Below are positions 11,901-25,767 of a DNA stretch of 64,000 nucleotides, piece by piece. The notes beneath the pieces are model-generated. The model saw only the letters and a program-made list of their open reading frames with translations, had not been told where the DNA came from and did not search any database. The DNA comes from the human T2T-CHM13v2.0 reference genome, Homo sapiens. The first letter of the stretch is position 1. Each line of letters begins with the position of its first letter. The position numbers and the translations under genes are program-made. The stretch lies in NCBI RefSeq assembly GCF_009914755.1, contig NC_060932.1; one strand, 5' to 3'.

Positions 11901-14900
11901 CTAGATGCTAATTTCTGCAACTGCAAACCTAGGATACAGTACCCAATCCTGGGATGCCCTGATATACTTTAGTGCTTGTGATATTTCTTCCAAGTCAAGC
12001 GAGTACGGATGCGGCACCACGAGAGTGGTTTGATCTCCCGTAAAACATACACAAATACATAAATGATATGGTGGGTATTTAATTCTTCCGAAAGCTATAT
12101 TTTTTATGGACTAATTACAACAACAATAAAGAACGTGTGCTTTAAAGCATCACATTTTGTAATAAGCCCAAAATTGTCAGTTTGACTTTAAGTGCTCTTA
12201 ATACTAAAGTTACGAAGACTGCACAGGCTGCCTTTTTTTTTTTTTTTCTTTTCTTTCTGTATTTCCCAAATTACAGGGAGCTATGCCCTTGGTATTGCAC
12301 ACAGTACACTGCAAAAGATTCACAAGGTTAGTTGAAAGTCATTTTTGCCCTGGTGATTCAAAGCTCAAAGAATTTTCTAGCATAAAGTCTTATTAAAAAT
12401 TTTAATCAAAATATTATTTGAGTTTAAGTTTAATAAAACAATACCACTATATATACTCTCAACAACTTCATTATATAATCAGTCCTATGAGGTTGTACTT
12501 GCTTTTCATATCACACTGATTAAGGACAAAAATAATTTTGATGTACATGTACCATACACTGATATGCAATCTACACACTGATGCATTTACATACATACAA
12601 CTATAAATACCCACAAATACAACAATGGCAGGTGACAGCATTTTCTTTGATGACTGACATACTGCCTGTAAGAATAGTCTCCAAAAGCCTGCAATACTAC
12701 AGATACACACACAAATTACAAAGGATGAACCGAAGAGACTTAAGAAAACCTACTGTATATACAATTATGTAACTTGCAAAATTTTCCTGCTGTTGCATTC
12801 AAGTCAAACTGTCATGCAGATTCAAGTATTTAATGACATTCTCTCTATGAAGACATTCTCTCTGCATGCAATGGGCCAATTATTGTCATAAGCAGAAGGC
12901 TGCCCACGTGGGTTCTGGATACTGTAGGTACAAAAGGAGAATGCCTTTGGATTTCAGTCCTTCCTTTATGGATGAGAGATGGAAAAGGAATCTGAGAGAA
13001 AAATCAGTGACAAAGCCGCCCCTCTCTATTGCTATCAATAATCTATCACGGGGTTATTCTGTGATGATTTGATCATGTAAGATGCTATAAGACTGGTGGA
13101 AAGAAATTTGCTGACATGTGGCAGAGCAGTGGCATGGCCTGGGAGACAAGATGGCCAGAAAGCTGTGGAGCAAGGTAGGAGGCCCAGAGGCGCATCTGCC
13201 TGCAAAGCTGACTTACCATTTTCTGTCAGAATAACTTAGATGCTTTGAGACAAAAGCAGATACTATTTAAACTCCAACTTGGACAATTCCTCATAAACTA
13301 GACTTCAGGTTTAACAACTCTTAGGATGCCACTTTGGTTCTTTGTTTTACAGTGCTAATTTTACAATTGGAAAAAATTCTGTCATTTGAAAAGTCAAGGG
13401 ATGACTCACTGCTGAAATGAAGAGAGGTGGCTCCCAACCTGCTGAAAACTCGACCAAGTCCACGGGAGTTAAATTACAGAGATTCAAACCTGCAAAGCTA
13501 AACTTCTGTGAATTCAGGATGCAACATGCTTAACTGATGACTGCAAGGAAAAATGCCAAAGGAACTCAATTTCAAGGACAATTAATGAAACCCAAAAGGT
13601 TTTGTTAGTAAGACAATGGAGAAACTTCTTTAACGTCAATTTTCTTCCAATTGTCAATGATTAGTTAAAAAGAAAAGAGTGCAGCTCATGACAAGCAGGC
13701 CCTGCCTCTCATCCTTCCCAGATCTTTACATGATAGAGGGAGCAATAGGCAAAGGACAGTAGAAAAGCTCAGTGTAACTTTGTGTTTAGGCAGTAAGAGG
13801 CCTCTTTCCCTGCTGGTTGCAAAAATTCTTCCACAATCTCAGAAGTTCTGTAGCTTGGCCACAGGGTGAAATACAAACCTATCTTAGCCTTGGAAAGCCA
13901 CCCAGATTTTCCTCTTCCAGAGTAAATTCCTCATGTCACTTTTGCCCAGGGGCCAGTCCTCATTTTCTAGATTAGGATAACAGTTGGAGACGCATAGAGG
14001 GTCTTGTGTTTGCCACAAGACCACTGCACCAAAAAATGCTTTCTATCCTCTGCATCTAAGAGCAATAAAAAGGTTACACATAATCCAGGGACTACATTTC
14101 CATCAGAGGACTCTCTCCCATCATGGTTTTGCTGAGATTAATTAAAATTCACAAAAGTATTGCTCAGTTTAATTAGACACTGCTGAGAGTTAGCAAAATG
14201 ATGTTTCAAAAAAGTGCACTTCAGAAATGCCTACGGGCTGGCGATAAAGTAAGGACTCTGCATCCCAGTAATTAAGTTTTGATTGCTAATGAGGAATCCC
14301 AGACACCTCCCTGTAAAAGCCAGCATGCGAGGTGGGGACAAACCCCTAAAATTCAGATTTTATACATGGGCCACCTGTATGGTCAATTTTGCAACAACAC
14401 TATGACCAAGGCATTCTGATAGCTGTCAAGATTTTCTGTACTAGAAATTAATATGAAGTGTATTGACGTGAAGAAGAATGATTTATCATATGGAAGGAAG
14501 TCCCAAGGCTCCTGGGCGCTGAGGTGGGCGACGGAGGTGGGTGGCGTACCTTCAGAGGAAAGGGAAGGGGTGCTCCCTTGTACCGTGAATTGGGCAACAG
14601 GCTTGGAGCAGCTGTGAAAGGAAACATCCTCAATTTCTTCTGGCTAGATGCCACAGGAAATAAATTATCCCAAAGGAAAATGTGGTTGGCTATGGGCCAG
14701 ACTCTCAGAATCTAGGCAAATCAGTGACTGTTTCCTCCCATAGCATAAACTCTTGGCCTCCTTCATGCACTCATGACAGACAGCAACCTTCAGAAGCCTC
14801 AGGGAAGAGGTGTTCTCAGCCCATGCGCTAAAGATGGACAGCATCATGCTACGGCAGTCTGAGATCCTGGCTCACAAAAGAACCTTTAAAGTTGTTTTTA

Positions 14901-17294
14901 AAGATAAACTATGCAAACATGGTATACTGAAGCTTCAAAAGAGCCCTTCGTATCCAATGATCTATTAGCCTATCCAGAAGTCCCTGGAGTTAATATTAGT
15001 GACTCATATGACACGGACAGTGCTATAGTGGTGCTGATGCTAGCCGAGTATTTCAACACTACTCTAAATGTCAGAAATACTGTAGCAAGGTACCATTCAA
15101 TGTATATTAAATAAGTAAAATACATACAGACATTCTATATACATAGATATAGACTGTGGGCAAACACATTCAAGCCACTCAGGGAAGTTCCTTTTTCTTT
15201 AGTTACTGAAGCTCGTAGATGACATGGTCTAGGTACCTCTCTCCCCTCGGCTTAGTATAAACATTTAGGCAGAAAACAAATATCCTGATAATTTAGATTA
15301 TCAGGTAGAAAGACAGATAACTTGCTTGTGGATATGTTGGATTCAGTGAGAGGCTACAAAAATCAATCTGACACATGGGCCATATTGGTAACTATCCTGT
15401 TTGTTTTGCAGTTCTGAAACATAAACTTAGTTACTGCCTTTACCCAAACAAGGCAGAGAGTTAAAAGTGAGGTTTTTTTTTTTTACAGGTGTGGCAAAAT
15501 ACTTATTACAAAGAAAGCAACTGCAACCCTAGAGAGGGGTAAGCCTTCTCTGGGCAATAGTCATGGACATTTACAGAGGGGAAGGAAGTAAACGTTAATA
15601 AATAATTCTGTAAATAAATGCTAGTACATCATAATAACATACCACTTAGACACTACCATGGCTTTACAGCAGGTTTTCTCTAATTCACTGGAACCATGCT
15701 ATTCCTGTAGAGCAGCTGATTCTTTGGTCATAGTACCTTCAACAAATAAACTATAGAACTAGAGAAACTTTCTAAGGGAGGAAAAAGAAAAATCAAAGTG
15801 ATACTATTAGTTCTGAAGTTGTGCCACTTGCGGAGATTTTAACTTTAGGGATTACAGAGTTTCAAGGTTAGGAAATCACAAAGCTCTAGGTCTCAGTGGG
15901 CTAAACTTTCACTCCTTTCTCTTCCTCTACAGAAGAATATTCTGTTTATCACCCTGAACTTCAAAGGGACTGTAACTGGAACAAGCTCATGACTGCAAAG
16001 TTAATAGAACCATTTTGAGTAGACAGAAAGAAAGGACTGAAAATAGATGAAGTATTTTTAGGAGAAAGTTGAGTAGTAGCAGAGTGAAGTGGCTATCAAG
16101 GAGACTGAGACAAGAATAAACAAAGTCACTTTGCACCTGCAACCAGAAGATTCCTCAGTTTTCCAACCATAATTCATTCTGACTACTACTTTCAGATATA
16201 TTTTAAAGAACCAATATCCATCGTGGACAACTGCAGCTACGTTTTCCTTCCTTATTTTGTCTTAAGGACACAAGAAAAGCTGTTTCATTTTAGTATTAAT
16301 TTGTTAGGAAGGAAGACCTCAATATCACAACCAGGACACAACCCCATGCCCACACACGCACACACACGCACGCACACACACATATGTAGAGTAAGAAAAA
16401 TCTATTCCTGGATGGAAGGATATCAACGATAGAGATGATGGATTTCTAGTCTAGACCCTGTGGGAGTGAGGTAACAATTCCTGCAGACTGAGCACATGCC
16501 TACTGCTGCAGCTCCTCAAGGGCCGATTATTGCCCCCATCCTTTAGCAAACAAAATTAACTGGGTATCAATCTTTCCTCAGCCTTCAAAGGCAAAATGAC
16601 TCCACTTCCTCTTTCCCTTGCTTGGCTGAAATGGAATCAGCACTTCAAGCAAGCTAATGTGCTTCCCTAAGTTCTCAATCCTACGATCTTCACGCTTCTT
16701 TTCCCTGCTTCCAGCAGGGTCCGATCTCAACAACAAGTGCTAAGCTGCACATGAAGCTGCCTCATATTGGAGCAACTAGATTCCCAGCACTGTGATTCTT
16801 ACTGGAGCATCTGTGAGTGCTCAATTCTACCTCTGTGACTGGGCAAGATTTCACATATAAAGGCGTATATTAACTCCAGCTAGAATTTACTAAAACTACA
16901 GTTTGTCCAGTTAAGTGTTTCACAATGGATTAAATTCTTTAACCTTAAAAAAAAGTTTAACAGTTGATATGAGAATACATAAAACAACTGAGCAGACTGC
17001 AAACAAGAGAAAACCAAAAGAGAAGGGATACATAATTCATTCTGAAATCACGATCCCCTCCTCCTCACAGAAAAGGTGCATTAGCTATCAAGTTGCAAAA
17101 ATCATCAAAGCAAAAGAAATCAAGAGCAAAGACAATCTGTACAGAAACTAACAAAAATATACAATAGAAAAAATTACTAATGCACCGTTTTGTCACAGAC
17201 TTTTTTTTTTTTAAATATATTCACGGATTACCAGAAAGATCTTGAAAAACCCTATTTTGCTCCATGACCAGCACTTCCTGGCCGCAGATGGACT
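8855..17294 (-). other. PSD3: PSD3 long 3'UTR (~8.4 kb)
   Basis: Unique AT-rich sequence with no transposon I could recognise, running from the stop codon to the first well-formed AATAAA site. Consistent with my recall that PSD3 has a very long mRNA. Confidence 0.8.
16350..16382. repeat. Imperfect (CA)n/(CG) dinucleotide repeat, UG-repeat on the mRNA
   Basis: cacacacgcacacacacgcacgcacacacaca. Confidence 0.9.
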
Positions 17295-17510
17295 CTAAGT
17301 AACTTTTTGCTTAATGCTTGGTGTTTCAGGTCGGTGATCCTTCCTCTCTGACACGTTACGCTTGACTTTGGCAGTGATTGGAGAAGTATCCGGGTTCAGC
17401 GAAGGACTCGAGTGCGACTTCTTCAGTCCTGCAGCCTCGCTTTCATCGTTACTCAGTAGCTCTTTGCCTCCTTCCTTGAGAATGCTGACATACATTTCAT
17501 AGCGGGTTTT
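17295..17510 (-). CDS. PSD3: PSD3 terminal exon coding part: KTRYEMYVSILKEGG...KKSHSSPSLNPDTSPITAKVKRNVSERKDHRPETPSIKQKVT*
   Basis: Lies inside ORF 17295..17573. Acceptor ttgccttcag|AAA, 71 codons then TAG. Continues the EFA6 YLEFEKTRYE motif from the previous exon. Confidence 0.96.
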   Translation of the reverse strand, partial: KTRYEMYVSILKEGGKELLSNDESEAAGLKKSHSSPSLNPDTSPITAKVKRNVSERKDHRPETPSIKQKVT

Positions 17511-18984
17511 CTGAAGGCAAAGCCAGAGAACAACGGTAGTCAGAAAACTGTTCAAAATGCACGTGTGCAGCACACTTGTGTATTACCCACCTGGAGAGTG
17601 TGAATGGCTGTTGAAGACTTCGCTTCATTTCCCAAACTGACAAATTACTTGGGCACTTACTGGGCACATGAGAGGCAACTACAGAGACTGTCTTATGCAG
17701 ATAAGAAATTAAGTTAGAATTTTAGTTCTCATTTGTTCTAGATTCTGACAGAATGTCAACTTGGAGTTGCTGGCTACCAGATGGAACACCATGAATCTAG
17801 AACACTCAGGCATGAGAAGGGTCTAAGTTGGAGGAGCTGTCACCTCTGGTTTTCGGCGGCTGCATGGCTCTTGTGGCTCTGTACCAAAGTCACCTGAGCC
17901 TCCCCAGGTAGTCCAGGCCTCACAAGAAACTGGCTTGGATATGGTTGTTTACTCTTTTTCTGACTCCCTGTAACCCTACAAAGGCTTGCCTTGAGGGACC
18001 ATTCCGTGGCGAATCTCCTGGACAGTCAGTCCCCTATGAGACCATACCACCTTCTAGAAGCTGCTCTGGGTTTCCCTCCGTTGCTTTTCTGCAAGGATTA
18101 CCCACTTCTCCGGTTATTATGAACAGGTGCTGCTATGAACAGTATGAAGCTGGCAGAATTTCAAGTTATTTTCTGATGCTTTTCCAAATCAACAATATTC
18201 ATTACCAACTATGTACTGAGTACCTACTATGTTTCAAACAGTTCCTTGATTCCTCCGTCTCTTGGATATCTAAGATTTTTTTTTTCTTTTTCCATGGCTC
18301 TGGCACTTTTTTTTTCTTCCAGTTTCTATCCCAATCAATATATAGAACTATCATATATGTTGCAAATTAGAGAAGGGTCTCAGATTCTTAATTTGACACA
18401 TTCTGGTAAAGTAAGTATTCCACCATCCTGCCTCAACGCATGAAGAATTTATAGAAAGCTTAAAGTGTTTTATTTCTAAACCAAAGAACATGTCAGATAT
18501 AAACTGTCCCAACAAAGGCAGGCAAATTCTGTTTTGACTATACATCCGTCTTAGGGATTTTTCTAGTCAGATTGGGGTTTTGTACGTGTCAGTTTTAAGT
18601 TAGTAATTTAGAAGTGCTACCTTTTCAAGCTGCTTCGTTTAACAATGGGAAAAAGCTGCTAGACATTCAGTATGTTCTGGGGTTGGCCAGGATTCAAGTG
18701 GGGTGTGAGCGCTGGTTGCCGATGATGACATTTATTGAGTACCAACAGCTTAACACAGGTCATTCACACAATATTCATACACAACTGATAACTTACCATC
18801 CCTGCTTTACAGTTAAGGCAACAAAGGCAAAGACAAGTTCAAAGTCAAAGTAAGGAAGAAATGAAACTCGGATTTGAACCAAGGCAATCTGAGTTCAAAA
18901 CCCACGGCTCTTAAGCTATATTACCTCCATTGATATGAAAATATAGATTATATGTATATAGATTTTAGGATGACTCCTCTGACA

Positions 18985-19795
<811 letters not shown>

Positions 19796-21093
19796 CACAC
19801 ATTCCAATTTCAATAAAGAAGTAACAAAATACAGAATAGCATGCTAAGCATTATCTCAGAAGGCCACATGATAGTTTCATAAGGTTTGCTAGTAAAAAAT
19901 GTCATCAGTATCACCCATCAGTAGATGCACTATGAAATCAGAGGACTGAACAAGATAATATCCACAGGACATAAAGATTCTAAACTCCTCTTCATTTTAT
20001 GAATTTATTAATTAATCTACTCCTAAACTGCCTTGGTGGCAAGATTAAAAAACAGAAAAGAACTACCCCCAACAGAAACAAAGTTTGGTAAAATAGTCTA
20101 AAGGTAAGTTTAAAAATAGATTCAGGAAACCAGCGTAAGGCATACGATTTCATGAAGCTGGAGCGTTGACACAATGAAAAGAGAATGAAGAAAAATTGTT
20201 TAGATCACTTGAAAGGGGACAAAAGGAGAAAAGATGATAGGGACAGTTTTCCAGTAGTCTTTGAATAAAGTGATACTACTAGGAAAATCCACCTGAAAAA
20301 TACATGAAGGAAAGCCATCTCATCCACTCATTTTACAGCTCCAGCTGCAAAGCTATTGTCTTAAATAAATTACATCAGTGTGTCAATCAACAAACAAAAG
20401 GCACAGCACAGAGGTGTGGCAGTGCATGAGTCATCAGATCAGAAGTAAAGACAAAGCAGAAAAAAGGGGGTGAGAGGGGCCAGAAAACAAAGCCTGCCCT
20501 GCTGTTAAGGAAGCCTTCGAGGGTTGATGAGTTTGCAAACGCCGTGCCCCATTTCTGACTTAAAAAAGGCTTATAGGGACACAGGTTACAAAACCCAGAA
20601 ATGTAGCTTTGCATTTTACCAGTCTCTGAGTCTAGATTTTACTGAACCAAACCAAATATACCTCTTCAAAACATTTTAGGAAAACGTAACTTTAATTTCA
20701 GGACTAACCAGCAGGTATTAGTTTTAGCCAAGTATCTCTAGGATTACAGACTCAACCACATATGTAAATGCTATCCAGAGGATTTGAGGACAAAATAAAA
20801 TTGTCTCAGAATAAAGAAAAATAACTCTGAATGATGCTCTGGAGAGCAAGGGCAAGAAACATAACTGAAATTTCTCTCTTCATTGATTTCGCCTCATATT
20901 CTCTTTCTGGGCAGTAGGAAGGTCATATTTCTTAACTATGCAACAGCATCATTTGGAGACTTTATTTCCTTTCTTCCTTTCAGAGAAGATGTGATTTGCA
21001 TCTTTTTTCCTAAGACCGATTGTGAAATTTAAGTTTTAAATGAAAGCTGGTGTGTAAGAAAAAGTAAAGGAGCAGCAAGAAGTATATTAGTAA

Positions 21094-21396
<303 letters not shown>

Positions 21397-21753
21397 AGTA
21401 AATTACTTTTTAAAGGTTTGACACACCAGCTCAGAGACTGAAAACAATGATCAGTGTTCAAGTGGTCATCATGGACCCAAGAAGCTCATCAATCATATTG
21501 CGGCAGACGGTGTTTCCTGCTTCCCGAACAGCCTCTTCTTTCGTACTAATGGAACTGTGCGCTTTATTAAGAATGCCAGCGTGCCCAGCCCCATGAGAGG
21601 AATTATGGTTTAAAGCAGGCGTGATGACCCTTGTCTCTGTTAGTTTCCACTGCTGCCCTGTGGCCTAGATTTGGCCCCTGACATGTAAGTAGAAGTCTGC
21701 TAGGACAGTTTATGAAAGCAGCTTCTTTTGCTATTCTGATAGAAGGTGGTAGG

Positions 21754-21952
21754 CAATAAGGTATTTTAAAATTAAGGTACATACATTGTTTTTTAAGACA
21801 TAATGCAATTGTACACTTAACGGATGACTGTATGCTATAAACAACTTTTATATGCACTGGGAAACAAAAAAATTTGGGTGACTTGTTTTATTGTGATATT
21901 TGCTTTATTGCAATACTCTGGAACTGAACCTGCAGTATCTCAGGTATGCCTG
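21754..21952 (+). mobile_element. Tigger1 3' terminal fragment
   Basis: ttttaaaattaaggtacatacattg...tatatgcactgggaaacaaaaaaattt...ending in the TIR aggtatgcctg. Confidence 0.85.
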
Positions 21953-22059
21953 TGTCTGTAACCACTTTCAGGTTCTAGGAAATGATTAGCACTCTAGTAC
22001 TTAGGGAGAAAGCTTAGGGATAATTCTTAAGTGGTGAAGAAGGAAATTTGACAATAAAA

Positions 22060-22860
22060 GCTTTGCTCCTTCACTCTTCTTTTTCTCTAATGTCTCACAT
22101 CCTTTCAGTCAGCAGGTTTTGTCCATCTATCTTCAGAACTGCACCATTTCTCAGTACCTCTCCCATTTCTAGTCTGGACCGAGCTCATCACCTTGCGCCT
22201 GGGTTCCTCCCACAGTCGCCTGACTGCTCTCCCTGTTCCCTCCTTGCCCTCCACGTGCACTCCTTTCAAAAGACACTGCCCTGTTAAAACACAAGACAGA
22301 GTGTGTCAGCTCTGCCCAAAGTACTCCAGTGGTTTCTCATCCTTAATTCTCATCCTTAAAACCCTTCTCAACCAGGAATCCTTAAAATGCCCTAGAAAAC
22401 CCATGGGCCACCCCTTTCCCGTGGCCCAGTCTCTCAGTTCTGTCCCTGGGCTTGAATCTGCCTCCATGGCACACACTCCTATTCGAGGACCTGTGGAACT
22501 TGCTATTCTCTGTCCAAAAAGCTCTTCTTCCAAAAGCCCACAGGACTTCCTCCCTCCCCTCCCTCACCTCTTTCAGGTGTGCACTTTAACATCACTTTGA
22601 CACTGAGGCCTTCCCTGGCCATCAAAATCTAAAACTGGAACACCTACTCTTACTGCTTTATGTTTTCCTTAGCACTTCTCCCCATCTGTCAGCCTTATAT
22701 TTTACTTGAAAAAAAAAAAAAACCTTTTGATTTCCTCCTTTGCCCCCCAATACTAGATACCATCACATGAGGGTAAGGACTTTGCGTTTGTTTACTAATA
22801 TATCCCCAGGGCCAAGAACACACAGTGGACAAGGAATAAGCGCCACTGAGTGCATGAACA
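22060..22860 (+). mobile_element. L2 LINE 3' region
   Basis: Pyrimidine-rich L2 motifs ending catgagggtaaggacttt...tatatccccagggccaagaacaca. Confidence 0.7.
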
Positions 22861-23212
22861 GAAAGAGGAGGAACACATTTTTCCATACACGGTAGAAAAT
22901 ATATTTTGAACTCGTAATATGGCGAATCCAGAAAAAGAAAAATAACACGGATACCCACGTTGATGGCAGATGCCTGATGTGTTCCTAATTCAGGATCCTC
23001 TGGGAACACACCTTTATCTTCAGTATCCCACCGTTCCAATGATGTTTTTCACAAAAATGCTAAGGTCTGACCCTGTCAGTATTGAAGCTCATAAGCCACC
23101 ACATGACAAAGGCTTGTCCACTTCCACTGCATATTCTCTTGACCTCTGTTGTCAAGATGCCACACGTGTCAGATCCTCAACAGTGCACTGAGGTATAGCC
23201 TGCCTTGCTTAG

Positions 23213-23602
<390 letters not shown>

Positions 23603-24882
23603 CTGAGAATCTCTTACGTAGTAGTACATGAAAAATACACTTTATTGCCCACTGTGAGCTTCAAAATAAAGTGAGAAACTGGACCACTGTAGGTGGACTC
23701 CAGTGAGTCCTCATTTGGATAATTACTAGGTCTCATTACAATTCATTACAACATGAAGAGAACGCTCTACATTTGTCTTCTAAAAGCATACATTAAAAAG
23801 ATAAGGATTTGTCAAGGATTATTTATATCTGGAATCTACTTGCCTGATCATTCTCACATGAAATTGACATGTAAAGTATCAGGAGCTCATTTACCTTTGG
23901 ATACATAATTCCATACTAACCTAAGATTCTAAGTTCTCTGGGTCAGAGGATATTAGCCTCATCAACATGAATTCAGGACGGAATCTGCTGTTGGTACTAA
24001 ACAAATAATAACAATATTCAAGTATTATATCTTCGCTTTGATAATTTTTTATAGCCAGATGGTAGAAAAGGGAATCTGAAACAGCAACAATATGTTTTAA
24101 CTAATATAATTTCAGGCCACAAAGTAATCACTACACAAAAATTAACATAGTTCCAGATAGGGCACATTAAAAATGAGATGGGATGTTTAATAATGAGCCC
24201 ATGGAAAGCATGGTGGCGGTAAAAAGAAGAGTCTTGCAGTCAAGTAGCCTGTTGTTGACAATGCCTCTAACTAATAAGACTGGCCTTAATTCATTCTCTG
24301 AAATTGTTGTTTAGTCTTCATAATGTAGCCCTTTCAGGTATGTGTCTTTCATTTACAAGGACAAAGACAGTTCCAGAAAAATGCGTGCCTCAGGGTCAGT
24401 TTTGCTACCTTTGGTTATGTTATTAAAGATTTTATCTTTGTCTCTGCAGATTCATTCTCAGGTCAATTCTAAATAATTTCAGAGCCCCACACTCAGCTTC
24501 CTTCCTTAGGAATGCTCCAACAGGGTAAATAGAGTTCCAGCAGTGTAAGCATAATATAATTCCACTATCAGAAAAATAACTTGGGATGGAATTTTACCAA
24601 ATACAACTGCAATGGCAGATCTCTGCTGACAAGAATCTACATACCGTTTTCTTGGACCTGGCCCATTCAGTGAGCTCTCTCTCTTAATTAACTAAAATTT
24701 GCTGTTTTGATAAAGCCTTTTGTGACCACCAAGAGCCAAAGGCAACTCAAGTGTTTAATGGCGCCTTTGTCTACTCAAGTAAAATTCTTTCTTCAGTGTG
24801 TAACCCCTCCTTATTACATTTTTTTGCTGTATTTCTTTATTAAGCTGATCTTCGATTACCTGTAAAAATACTTCCCAAATAT

Positions 24883-25248
<366 letters not shown>

Positions 25249-25703
25249 CTACGAGGGATAAATAAAAATTATCGTGTCTAAGACCATGTAAACTGCTACT
25301 TGGGTTGAATGTTAATTGTGTTTTGAAAAAAATTACAACTATTGATATTCTTTGAAAAGTAGTTTAATCATATCCACACATATATTTACATGGATCTCAC
25401 TGAACAGTTTCTCTCTAGAGCCCTGCATACCATTTTATAGAATAATATCTCCTTTTGACCTCTGATACATGAATACGATAGTAACAACCTGAATGAAAAT
25501 ACAGCTGGGCTGCAATTTTAACTGACTGCTCCTATTTGCATTCAGACCTCACTGCTCTAGCAACCAAATCCTGAATACATATCCTCCTGACATTTCGTTT
25601 TCTCATGCAGACAGGGCAAAAGGCCATCTTAAGACAAAATGAGCAGAAAAGCAATAATGTCATGTACACAGCAATACACTTTGCTCCTAGATCTCTACAA
25701 TGG

Positions 25704-25720
25704 AAAACAAAGAAACAAAC

Positions 25721-25755
<35 letters not shown>

Positions 25756-25767
25756 AAACAAAACAAG
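25704..25767. repeat. A-rich tract with a pure A32 core (25722-25753)
   Basis: Read directly. Confidence 0.95.

Noticed and set aside
12233-12248. T-runs in the UTR (also ~15473-15484 and ~17200-17212) as transcript ends or retrocopy tails
   Set aside because: Genomic A-runs on the mRNA with no upstream hexamer or TSD; more likely internal-priming artefact sites.
11080-14769. Four RBFOX UGCAUG motifs in the UTR
   Set aside because: About what chance predicts for a hexamer over 8.4 kb, and not clustered.
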